Source of the DNA: Candidatus Saccharimonadota bacterium
Lineage (GTDB): Bacteria > Patescibacteriota > Saccharimonadia > Saccharimonadales > UBA10212
Reading direction: 5' to 3'
Length of the DNA stretch: 64,000 nt
NCBI GenBank assembly: GCA_016187125.1
Contig: JACPKF010000001.1
Span: forward strand, 302,178 to 366,177
Shown here: positions 1-8,718 of the stretch, in pieces
How positions within the stretch are numbered: the first letter of the stretch is position 1
How the letters are laid out: each line of letters starts with the position of its first letter
Program-made: the position numbers and the translations under genes
Notes under the pieces: generated by a model
Told to the model about the DNA's origin: nothing
Databases searched by the model: none
Seen by the model: only the letters and a program-made list of their open reading frames with translations

Positions 1-1404
1 AATGCCGCTACCAAAAACTTGGTTGATTTTGTTGGCGGTGTCGGGCATGAAAGGTACTAAAAGAGCCGCTATTTCTATGAGATTGGCCACAATCGTGGCC
101 AGTACCTCGCGCAGGTGAACTTCATCTTTTCCGCCAGCTGGCGGATTAGCTATTTCCCATGGCTTGGCCTCATCGATATATTGATTAAGTCCTTTGACCT
201 GTTCCCAGACTACATCTAGGGCCTTGTCAAACCGGCAGTTATCAATAGCCCGGCTGTAAGCGGCAACATCATGCTCCGGCGACGGAATATCACCGATCAA
301 ACCATTTTGATACTTAGCTATCATGGCGGCGCTGCGACTTATGGCATTGCCTAGCTGATCGGCCAGTTCATTGTTGTAGGCCGCTTCCATCATCTCCCAA
401 GTAAAATCGCCGTCACTATAACTGGGGATGTGCCTCAGGAAAAAATAGCGGAAGGCCTCAACACCGTACTTATCAACTATGTCCAGCGGGTCCACTACAT
501 TGCCTAGGGTTTTACTCATTTTTTTGCCGCCGCTGGTTACAAAGCCATGGACATAGAGCGCTTTTGGCAAAGCTAGTCCCAGTCCAAGTAGCATTCCTGG
601 CCAAACAGCCGCGTGAAAACGCAAAATATCCTTGCCGATGACCTGCATATCAGCCGGCCAATATTTTTTAAAGTCCGGATGCTCCGGATAACCGATTACG
701 CTAATGTAGTTCATCAGGGCTTCAAACCAGACGTACATAGTTTGGGTCGGGTCACCCGGTACCGCAATACCCCAACCTATCTTGTCTTTAGGGCGGCTGA
801 TGGAAATGTCTTGCAGGCCCTCGCCTATAACTGCCAGAATTTCGTTTTTTCTGGACTTTGGGATAATCCGATACTGATCTTTTTCAATCGCATCTTTGAT
901 TTTAATGGCATATTTACCGAGCGCGAAAAAATAATTTTCTTCCTGGATCTTTTCATATGGCCGATTATGCAGCGGGCAAATACCATTAGTTTCCTTTACG
1001 TAAGCTTCGGTTTTGAATTCTTCGCAGCCGACACAGTACATACCAACGTAAGCTTTTTTATAAATGTCCGCCGCTAGAGCTTTCCAGATCAGCTGGGCTC
1101 TTTGTTCGTGACCGGCGTCGGTGGTTCTGATAAAACGGTCGTTGCTAATTTCCAGTTTTTTAAGTCCTTCGCGGAACTTGGCGCTTATTTCATCGACAAA
1201 TTGTTTGGGCGGCAGGCCGGCTTTTGCTGCGGCTTCGGCAACTTTACCGCCGTGCTCGTCGGTTCCGGCACTAAAAAGTACATCATCGCCGAGCTGCCGG
1301 CGGTAACGAGCCAGCACATCGCCATATAAATGGAGCAAGGCATGGCCAAGATGCGGCTTATCATTGACATATGGAATAGCCGTAGCAATGTAGAATTTTC
1401 TCAT
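1..1404 (-). CDS. metG: Methionyl-tRNA synthetase (runs off the left edge; absent from the ORF track)
   Basis: Manual translation from ATG 1404: MRKFYIATAIPYVNDKPHLGHA (HIGH-type motif), with GGKKMSKT (KMSKS-type motif) further in. Confidence 0.95.
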   Translation of the reverse strand, partial: MRKFYIATAIPYVNDKPHLGHALLHLYGDVLARYRRQLGDDVLFSAGTDEHGGKVAEAAAKAGLPPKQFVDEISAKFREGLKKLEISNDRFIRTTDAGHEQRAQLIWKALAADIYKKAYVGMYCVGCEEFKTEAYVKETNGICPLHNRPYEKIQEENYFFALGKYAIKIKDAIEKDQYRIIPKSRKNEILAVIGEGLQDISISRPKDKIGWGIAVPGDPTQTMYVWFEALMNYISVIGYPEHPDFKKYWPADMQVIGKDILRFHAAVWPGMLLGLGLALPKALYVHGFVTSGGKKMSKTLGNVVDPLDIVDKYGVEAFRYFFLRHIPSYSDGDFTWEMMEAAYNNELADQLGNAISRSAAMIAKYQNGLIGDIPSPEHDVAAYSRAIDNCRFDKALDVVWEQVKGLNQYIDEAKPWEIANPPAGGKDEVHLREVLATIVANLIEIAALLVPFMPDTANKINQVFGSGI

Positions 1405-1449
1405 CCGTCTAATTGTAACCTGTTAAAAACATAAAAAGAAGGCGCCGCT

Positions 1450-1908
1450 TTAAGTTGAGAAAAACTGGCCAACAACTCTTTCAAAGCCCGGCACAAGCTT
1501 GAGCTTGCCAATTTCCCCGGGAGTGAACCAATTGGCCTCCGATGCCTCGGAGTTGAGTTGGAACTTACCCGTTTTTATGCGCACTAAAACCGGCACCACT
1601 ATCCAGGTCTTTTTATAATCGGCCGCCTCTTGCAAAAAAACCGTGCCCTTTTTAATCTCCAGAATATCTGATTTGTTCAGTCCCAACTCCTCGGCCAATT
1701 CTTGAATAACTTTTTGGGCAATATCCAGATCATCGTCCAAAAAGCCAGATATACCATTCCAATAGCTAGGATAAAAACGCATTTTTGGACTGCGTTTTAC
1801 CAGTAGAATTTTATCGTCTTTGCTTACCACCGCATTAACAACCGGGCTGTAGCGAGCACTAGAGTAATCTACTTGGCCAGACTTCGGTGCAAATTTGGGC
1901 TCTGTCAT
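1450..1908 (-). CDS. NUDIX hydrolase
   Basis: Nudix-box-like GFLDD...QELAEELGL. Confidence 0.8.
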   Translation of the reverse strand: MTEPKFAPKSGQVDYSSARYSPVVNAVVSKDDKILLVKRSPKMRFYPSYWNGISGFLDDDLDIAQKVIQELAEELGLNKSDILEIKKGTVFLQEAADYKKTWIVVPVLVRIKTGKFQLNSEASEANWFTPGEIGKLKLVPGFERVVGQFFST

Positions 1909-2039
1909 CTTTTATGGTCCTTCGACTTAAAATAATAAGCCCTCCGTCGCCAATCTCCTATACTAAAGTTTCGGAGATCAAGAAGGCTATGGAGGGCATT
2001 CTACTTCTCTAAATTCTACGAAGCTTTAGCGGAGTAGAA

Positions 2040-2115
2040 TGGTGGGATCGGAGGGATTTGAACCCCCGACTTCTTGCGTGTGATGCAAGCACTCTAGCCA
2101 CTGAGTTACGATCCC
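2040..2115 (-). tRNA. tRNA-Val(CAC)
   Basis: Cloverleaf GGGATCG...CGATCCCACCA; anticodon arm CTTGC-AT CAC AC-GCAAG. Confidence 0.95.
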
Positions 2116-2233
2116 TCGTCGAAATCGACGTATCGGCTTCCGTAAGTACAAGTTTATACTTACTTACAGCCTCAGGTCGCTTCCTCCTCTTCAATTTTGC
2201 AAAGATCTGCTAGAGCACGATTTTGTAAAATTG
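2116..2233 (-). ncRNA. Conserved two-hairpin tRNA 5'-leader element, copy 1 (most divergent)
   Basis: CAATTTTAC...GCAAAATTG-AAGAGGAG-hairpin-GACGA abutting tRNA-Val +1. Confidence 0.75.
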
Positions 2234-2311
2234 TGAGCTGTAAAGGAATTATAGGTTAATCGCGAGTTTTACTCGAGAGGTTTACCTCGAGCTTGTCGCC
2301 ATTCGATAAAC

Positions 2312-2524
2312 TCATGGCGACCCCGAGCCGGTTGAATGGGTCGAGAGGTGCCATAGGCCACAGTAGCGGCATTTGTAAACTTTTAGCTTCGTGCCGCGCC
2401 GCCACCGTAAAACATTGGCCTCTGTTTGAGCTTCACTTTTCGTATCAAAAGCCATTTTATCAGCGCAGGGTAAAAGTTCTGGCGGAGTATTATCCATCAA
2501 TAAACTCCTGAGAATAACATTCAA
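2312..2524 (-). CDS. Small putative Zn-binding protein (true start probably MDNT)
   Basis: C...YKCRYCGLWHL motif. Confidence 0.6.
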   Translation of the reverse strand: MNVILRSLLMDNTPPELLPCADKMAFDTKSEAQTEANVLRWRRGTKLKVYKCRYCGLWHLSTHSTGSGSP

Positions 2525-2688
2525 AACACGCCGTTATATTTAATGGCCGCCCAAATTCCTAAAATCCCGCCGATGACTCCGCCCAAAATACTCCACGGCG
2601 AGAAAAGTCCTGCGCCAAACAACACCGGCACATATGAACCGACAAAACCGCCGATGGTCAAAAATAAATATATGTAGCCTTTGCTCAA
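2521..2688 (-). CDS. Small Gly-rich membrane protein, 55 aa (absent from the ORF track)
   Basis: TTG start overlapping the upstream stop; MSKGYIYLFLTIGGFVGSYVPVLFGAGLFSPWSILGGVIGGILGIWAAIKYNGVF. Confidence 0.65.
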   Translation of the reverse strand: MSKGYIYLFLTIGGFVGSYVPVLFGAGLFSPWSILGGVIGGILGIWAAIKYNGVF

Positions 2689-3299
2689 ACTGATGCCTCC
2701 TTGGCTCTTTTTTTTAAAAAATAGCTAATAACCGGACTATAAAGCGTGATAGCCATAAGTATGCCTGGAATGTGCCCAAATATAGGCATTTTTTTTATTC
2801 TAATGCCGGGGACTATAGTAGGTCGGCTAAAAACTATATTGTCAAACTGTGCTCTGATGTCTAACATTTTATGTTTATCGGCACTTTGCAGCTTGGCCAC
2901 ATTGGCGTCGGACATTATCAGCGACTGCTTAAAGGCTGGGTTTTTAATGTAATAGGAGAGATTCACCCCACGCAGATTCCTAATTTTGCCACACACGTAA
3001 ACCACCCCCGCTATCTTGTCTTTCCTGATCATATAGGTGTTCAAGGCAGCGCTGGCTCCGGCGCTGACGCCAACTAAGGAAACTTGGTTACCACCCGCCG
3101 CCAATTTGTCTACCAGTGCCCCGATTCTTTCCAGCTTTGGCTCAAAAGCTTCGCCGTCGGCCCAACCAATGATGTGAAATTGGGCCCTAACCCCAAATAT
3201 CCGCCATAGTTTAATAATTTTGTCCTGGCCCCATGGTCGGTGGTCGCCAATCCCCGGAAGATAAATAACATGGTGTAGCCTGCTCACTGCTATGAGCAT
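2685..3299 (-). CDS. Alpha/beta-hydrolase-fold protein
   Basis: GVSAG nucleophile elbow and C-terminal GH. Confidence 0.7.
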   Translation of the reverse strand: MLIAVSRLHHVIYLPGIGDHRPWGQDKIIKLWRIFGVRAQFHIIGWADGEAFEPKLERIGALVDKLAAGGNQVSLVGVSAGASAALNTYMIRKDKIAGVVYVCGKIRNLRGVNLSYYIKNPAFKQSLIMSDANVAKLQSADKHKMLDIRAQFDNIVFSRPTIVPGIRIKKMPIFGHIPGILMAITLYSPVISYFLKKRAKEASV

Positions 3300-3334
3300 A
3301 GCAAAGCTTACGAATGCAAACTATTCCAGTAGAG

Positions 3335-4153
3335 TTATGTTTTAGGTAGAACCCGGTTACCCAAAACCCGACCTTGAGTTTCTTGTTGTATTCTTTCTAC
3401 TTCACCCAAAAGACCAGTTTGTCTCACTCCTTCTGGATCCAACCGCCTAGCAACTAAGAATGATAAAAGTCCTTGCAAGCTAAGTACGTTAACAAGTTCT
3501 CGTGCGCTATCACCAAATTTTGGTTTAAGTACTTTCTCGGCAGTTTGTGCATTAATTTTTCCAGAGAAATTATATCTACTTGAGAAAGAATCCAATAAAC
3601 TCTGTGCGCTTGGCGTTACATTATCTTCTCCTCTGAGAGGATAAAGCCAGTGATTTGCTCGCCAAATATCGTCATGGGTCGTAGCACAAACATGCGGTGC
3701 CGATGTATCACGAATCACTACAGATAAATGCTTAGCAACTTCAGAATGAGCTAAGGCTCGAGAATATTGTCGCCTTCCATCGCTACCCGAGTATCCATAG
3801 TAATCTACATTATCAACGATAATTAAGCCTTGGTTTCCAACGGCTTCAGCGAAGTGGTTCAAAACACTGGTTGCATTTGAAGCACCAGCTCTGCTTCCAC
3901 CACTAATTTGAGCTTTTAGAGTTAAAGTTGGCATTTCTAAAGCATCATTTCTGGCCAACCTGGCAATATCCGATACAAGATGTGTTTTACCAGCACCAAC
4001 ACTAGCTTCAATCAAACAACTACCATTGGCAACAACTAGATCCATCACATTTTGGGCATCAACTGGGAAGAAACCTGGATGCTCATCCAAACCAGTCATC
4101 GGTGCAATGATGCAATAGCCATGCCCATTTCTCATATCTTCAAATGACTTCAT
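3335..4153 (-). CDS. Hypothetical P-loop NTPase
   Basis: Walker A-like ASVGAGKT and Walker B-like LIIVDN. Confidence 0.55.
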   Translation of the reverse strand: MKSFEDMRNGHGYCIIAPMTGLDEHPGFFPVDAQNVMDLVVANGSCLIEASVGAGKTHLVSDIARLARNDALEMPTLTLKAQISGGSRAGASNATSVLNHFAEAVGNQGLIIVDNVDYYGYSGSDGRRQYSRALAHSEVAKHLSVVIRDTSAPHVCATTHDDIWRANHWLYPLRGEDNVTPSAQSLLDSFSSRYNFSGKINAQTAEKVLKPKFGDSARELVNVLSLQGLLSFLVARRLDPEGVRQTGLLGEVERIQQETQGRVLGNRVLPKT

Positions 4154-4516
4154 AAAACCTCAAAAATAAAAACGGGACTGTTGTAGTCCGGTTCCTCTTA
4201 ATTGCAATTTGTACTTTTTGGCCAAGCGCGGAACTACAGCATTTTCTCGTCGAGGACAAGAATAATTCTGCTTAGTTCAAGCTTGCGCACCATGGCAACA
4301 ATACTACATCCTAGATAACAGCAATACAAGCTTAATTGGCAAGAAAAATAATTCCCAATACCAGAGCCAGCCCCAAAAGCCCGGTAACAATAATTCCCGA
4401 CCTACCCATAACAGTTCTACTATACACGCAAAAGGATCTTGCAAAAAGTTGCTCACCTCTGTTATACTATTCTCAGTACCTTGAGTTATTACAATCATTC
4501 CCTCTTTGCAGCTTAA

Positions 4517-4631
4517 CAATTTTGTGAAAACACGCATTGCAGGTTTTTACAAAATTGAGAGGAGAAGCATAGCGCTAAGTTGAAGCTTTTGCCCCATAGG
4601 CAAAACAAGACAGGCGCGTAGGCTTCGACGA
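4517..4631 (+). ncRNA. Conserved two-hairpin 5'-leader element, copy 2 (before tmRNA)
   Basis: CAATTTTGTG...CAAAATTG-AGAGGAG-hairpin-GACGA abutting GGGGCTG. Confidence 0.85.
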
Positions 4632-5227
4632 GGGGCTGAATTTAAGCTCGACGTTGGACTTTAACAACTAGTTTGCAGGTCGTGCGCACTGAACGTGGGA
4701 CCTACCACAGGGTGTTTTGTCAGGGCCGAAATTGAAACAATTTCGAGCGAAACAGGTTTTTTCGATTGAAGCGTAGCTAAGGCTTACGTTGAATGAGAAA
4801 AAACCGGTTGCAGCCGAAACTTGGACAATTTTTAGGCGACTAAATACCGTGTGGTAGGCCCCTAATCCGGTGCAAACCCAACAAATGCAATAGCATTTAT
4901 TTCGGGATTCGGTCTTTTGGCCGCGTTCCGAGCGCGAATTTTGGGCCTTTTCGAAGGTTTTAAATTCGCACCAGCTTACGCCTGAGGGCCTAAGCCACGC
5001 TTACCACGACATCAGATAGTGGCTGCGGCGTGTCATATTATCTGGTTGCGCAGGTTTTTCTTTCCATAAAATCTGTTAAGTTTTAGGAATAGGAGACGCG
5101 ACTTTTTGGCCATTTACCGGCCGTGTTTCCGAACTAGGACGTAAGTCCTATCCTAAATGGCCTAAACCTGTAGACGACTAGTTGAATAATCCGACGGACG
5201 TGGGTGTGATACCCACCAGCTCCACCA
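4632..5227 (+). ncRNA. ssrA: tmRNA, 596 nt
   Basis: Acceptor stem GGGGCTG/CAGCTCC-A-CCA with G3:U; T-arm GTGGG-TGTGATA-CCCAC; tag ORF 4887-4985 ending FAPAYA*. Confidence 0.92.
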
Positions 5228-5468
5228 CGTAAAATTGCCATCTGTAAAACTTCGCTTTGCTCGTTTTAACATAGGGCAATCACGTGGCGCAGCCCTTTGC
5301 GCATGGCAATTTTACGTGGGACGTGGTCGCTTTAGCGACTTTACGTCCCAAGATCTCGTGGCAAGGCCATGAGATGAATGTTGATGAAGATTTTGAGTGC
5401 CCCGTGGCAAACGAAGTGAGTTTTACGGGGCTTTTTCGCAATTTCCTACATGGCGCAGCCTTTTGCCC

Positions 5469-5726
5469 ATGCACTATGTTTACGTGCTTCAATCAGAACT
5501 AACAGCGGGCTTTTATATAGGATACTCTCTCGACCCGGAACAAAGACTGGTTGGTCATAATTCGGGCAAAAATATATCGACAAAAGCGGGGTGTCCGTGG
5601 AGATTAATATATTTTGAAGCTTATACGGATAAACGTGATGCTCTTAGCCGCGAGAAATTTTTGAAAAGCGGAAGTGGCAGAATTTATCTGCATAAACAAC
5701 TTCGGCATTTTCTGGACACTCCCTAA
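5469..5726 (+). CDS. Small GIY-YIG nuclease
   Basis: MHYVYVLQS...FYIGYS...RL..HN...REKFLKSG; ATG 5469 preferred to the track start. Confidence 0.9.
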   Translation: MHYVYVLQSELTAGFYIGYSLDPEQRLVGHNSGKNISTKAGCPWRLIYFEAYTDKRDALSREKFLKSGSGRIYLHKQLRHFLDTP

Positions 5727-5816
5727 CTGGTACTTATTTGATTGATTTTAAGAAGTAAGGTAGGCTAACTCGCGGGGTCGGTCTTAATCTTATCAACTTT
5801 AGCCTTGAAGTCTGCT

Positions 5817-6476
5817 TTAAGACTTACTAGGCAGAAGCTTAGTGGGAAAGCCGCCAAATGTTCGAATGTCTGGATAAACCTGCGTCATCCATACCTTATT
5901 CGGAGTTTTGTTTAGAAGCCAAACAACCTTAAAGGAGTCTGTTGGTACTATTATTTTCTCGGCGATAGGGGCGACATCCGTTTCCATTGAGATTTTATCT
6001 ATCTCTTCCCTTTTCAAATATGGGCCGATTTCAGGGATTACTATCAAACCAGTTTCACCAGTTTTAAACTTCTTGCAAATTGCGTTTATTTCGTCAGCCA
6101 ATTTAGAAGTAAAATCTGACCGAAACTCGCGGCCAACTCTCTTAATTTGAAAAGCGTGACCGGTATTTCTGTACTCGTTTAGTGGTCCAGGGACAATGGC
6201 GAAGTCTACGATGGTGTCCTTTTTAAGATAGTGTCTAAGAACTTTTTGTATATGATCCAAATTCTTCCCATCGAAGTTCGGCATAAGTCGCTTTAGCTCA
6301 TCTTTAAGTTGAAAACTTACAAAATAAGGTTTGTTGTACTTGTGCTTATAAATTCTGCAAGCCCAAACACTCACAGCCAGCTCTAGGTTTTCGCTTGACT
6401 GTTTATGTTCTGCGAAATTAAGAAACTCAACTATCTGCTCTTCAGAGATGAAAAATGCTGCTGACGGTAATTCCAT
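5817..6476 (-). CDS. Hypothetical protein
   Basis: 219-aa AT-rich ORF with no recognised motif. Confidence 0.6.
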   Translation of the reverse strand: MELPSAAFFISEEQIVEFLNFAEHKQSSENLELAVSVWACRIYKHKYNKPYFVSFQLKDELKRLMPNFDGKNLDHIQKVLRHYLKKDTIVDFAIVPGPLNEYRNTGHAFQIKRVGREFRSDFTSKLADEINAICKKFKTGETGLIVIPEIGPYLKREEIDKISMETDVAPIAEKIIVPTDSFKVVWLLNKTPNKVWMTQVYPDIRTFGGFPTKLLPSKS

Positions 6477-6574
6477 GCTGAATAGTATCAGTAGATATTA
6501 GCTGGGACGCAATAGTCTCCAAGATGATTGGTTATTCTTAGCTCTAAGGCCAAGCCAACACCAATTAAAGAAAA

Positions 6575-6826
6575 CTAAGGGCGTTTTTTAAGCGTTAGTC
6601 TTAGATTGGCCATGTAATGATGCGGATCTAATGAGGGATGTAGTTTCAGGTAAGTTAGATGGAAGTCGACGAAGGAAATTTGATTACCGGGCCATTTTTC
6701 GGCGTTGCCTCGGTAAACCGGTTCAGTCAAGTAAACAGAACTAGCTTTCATAGAATTCAGTTCAGCTATTATCTCATCCTCACTGACACTATTTATAAAA
6801 CCGTCAACTTGGGGAGTTTTCTTCAC
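6575..6826 (-). CDS. Hypothetical protein
   Basis: 83-aa ORF. Confidence 0.5.
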   Translation of the reverse strand: MKKTPQVDGFINSVSEDEIIAELNSMKASSVYLTEPVYRGNAEKWPGNQISFVDFHLTYLKLHPSLDPHHYMANLRLTLKKRP

Positions 6827-6905
6827 TAAGTACCATTATCCTCTTATCACCGATCATATCCTAATTAGGTGAAACTCCTCCGGGAAGAGTATGATAAACA
6901 GCTAG

Positions 6906-6952
6906 CTCTCACATGTTTAGTTTTAGGTAACCTAAAACTAAACATGTGAGAG
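6906..6952. repeat. 47-bp palindrome (23-bp arms, 1-nt centre)
   Basis: CTCTCACATGTTTAGTTTTAGGT-A-ACCTAAAACTAAACATGTGAGAG. Confidence 0.95.
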
Positions 6953-7051
6953 AATACAGGTTTTTTTGGCCCAGGGATACAAATATGGAAAAGCTGTGGT
7001 AAAAATTGCAGCTAGTATTTTTATAAATAAAAGAGATTTATTTCCGCTTAG

Positions 7052-8053
7052 CTACTTTAGAAATTTGTTTTTAAGGCGTTTAGACCGCGGTAAGTCTTTT
7101 TCGTCTTCGATCTCTTGGCCGATGATTTCTTCTAAAATATCTTCAATCGTAATAATACCAACGATTTTATCATCACGTTCTACCGGTGTTAAGTGGCTGT
7201 GTGAGTTAATAAACTTGCGAAAAGCCGTATCTAGTGCGGTCATGCTGCCGACAATTTTTACCGGTCTAATTGGCAATTCATCTACTCGGTAAGCTCTTTC
7301 ATCAAAATCTATATCTACCAGATCTTTTTGCAACAAAATCCCGTAGCACTCAGTCAGTTTTTTATCAAAAATCGGTATGCGGCTATGGCCGATGCTTTTA
7401 ATCTCGTCAATCTTGTCAGCGTCAATCATTGTGTATGGAGTCAGCCAATAGACTTGCCCTATAGGCATCATTACATCTCGGACTCGTTTCTCGCTGAGGC
7501 CGATGGCCCCTTGCATGATTTCTATTTCGTCTTCATCAAGCTCACTGCTCTTGTGACCGGAGTGTTCGGCAATAATAATACCTAGTTCTTGGCGACTAGC
7601 CAAAGATGTTTTTTCATCGCCCAGCATTTTATCCAGCAAGAGCTGCAGCGGTTTTGATACAGGATACGTAACAATAATCATCAATCTCAGGAGCGGTGCG
7701 AATAGTGCCGTGAAGGTTAAGGCATAGCGAGCAAAATACGCCTGAGGTACTATCTCGCCAAAAACCACAACTAAAAGTGTGGTTATTATGCCGGCCAGCA
7801 AGCCGTTAAGAGCGTGCTCCAAAAGCAACGAAGTTGTAGAAACAACTGCTACGCCGGTTAATAATATGCTGGCCAGGGCTAGATGCGTTTTTTTACGCAA
7901 CGGCAGCACTAGCTTAGCCCGGTGGTTGCCAAGTTTGACTTTTCTTTTTAGGTCGGCAAAATCAAGCGACAAAAGAGCTACATTTAGGCCCGAACAAATA
8001 CCAGCTAGGCCGATTAGGAAAAAAATCTCTAGTACATAAAGGCCGATACTCAT
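7052..8053 (-). CDS. CNNM (DUF21) + CBS-domain membrane protein
   Basis: N-terminal TM region with FGEIVPQ; GHSRIPI; GIITIEDILEEIIGQEIEDE. Confidence 0.9.
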   Translation of the reverse strand: MSIGLYVLEIFFLIGLAGICSGLNVALLSLDFADLKRKVKLGNHRAKLVLPLRKKTHLALASILLTGVAVVSTTSLLLEHALNGLLAGIITTLLVVVFGEIVPQAYFARYALTFTALFAPLLRLMIIVTYPVSKPLQLLLDKMLGDEKTSLASRQELGIIIAEHSGHKSSELDEDEIEIMQGAIGLSEKRVRDVMMPIGQVYWLTPYTMIDADKIDEIKSIGHSRIPIFDKKLTECYGILLQKDLVDIDFDERAYRVDELPIRPVKIVGSMTALDTAFRKFINSHSHLTPVERDDKIVGIITIEDILEEIIGQEIEDEKDLPRSKRLKNKFLK

Positions 8054-8496
8054 CTAGAGCTTGGAGGACCCCCGAAAGCGGCTATCAGATTATGGATCCC
8101 ATGTTCAAAAGTTTTAAGTTCATTTTTACTAAGCAGTCTTAGCAGTTGGCTGTGTTGCTTGGCGACTAATTTCTGTGCTTGGTCGTATTTTTTCTTACCT
8201 TTAGCCGTTAGTGACACATCGCGCTGGCGTTTATCATTTTTATGAGGCGAAATCTTAACCAAGCCGTGGCGTTTTAGTTCCTTGAGCTGCCGGCTAATGT
8301 TAGCCTCTGTTTGATAAAGCCTGGCGGCAATTTCACGTTGTGAACGGGGAATAACATCGTGAATCTCTTCCATAATTCGCACTTGGCCAAAGCCTACCCC
8401 AAGCGAGTCGCGTAAAAATTTGTCTGATTGATGTTGTAAAATAAACTCAAAGCGGTGCAGGGAGGTCAGTGGAGTATCTGGGTAAGTTTTTCTCAT
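8050..8496 (-). CDS. MarR-family regulator
   Basis: wHTH with DKRQRDVSLTAKG; upstream palindrome TGCTTAACAAGTCAAGCA near 8524-8541. Confidence 0.85.
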   Translation of the reverse strand: MRKTYPDTPLTSLHRFEFILQHQSDKFLRDSLGVGFGQVRIMEEIHDVIPRSQREIAARLYQTEANISRQLKELKRHGLVKISPHKNDKRQRDVSLTAKGKKKYDQAQKLVAKQHSQLLRLLSKNELKTFEHGIHNLIAAFGGPPSSR

Positions 8497-8574
8497 ATCT
8501 TGTACTTATACACTATGTGAAAATGCTTAACAAGTCAAGCAATTTACGATAGGGAACTAATGCTTAACAAGCCT

Positions 8575-8645
8575 GCCCCGCACCAAAACCTGAGCGGAGT
8601 AGTCTGCAATCAGATTACGGAGCTTCAAGTTTTGGTGCTGGGGTC
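8575..8645. repeat. CCCCGCACC...GGTGCGGGG palindromic element
   Basis: Terminal inverted repeats with GAGYAGTC.GYAATCAGATT core; relatives at 40755, 52526, 53730 and 62908. Confidence 0.75.
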
Positions 8646-8718
8646 AAGTATCTAAGCAGGGAAGAGTCACTCGCATAATTCAAAAAAGTGTGCGTTACAC
8701 GCCGGGTAATCCAGTTGG

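Noticed and set aside
613..1388. Track ORFs at 613-1388 and similar antisense or alternate-frame ORFs throughout the window
   Set aside because: They are shadows of well-supported genes (here metG on the minus strand) or overlap tRNAs and repeats.
4172..4300. Possible structured RNA upstream of the P-loop ORF
   Set aside because: Only one short hairpin, with no recognisable family and no second copy.
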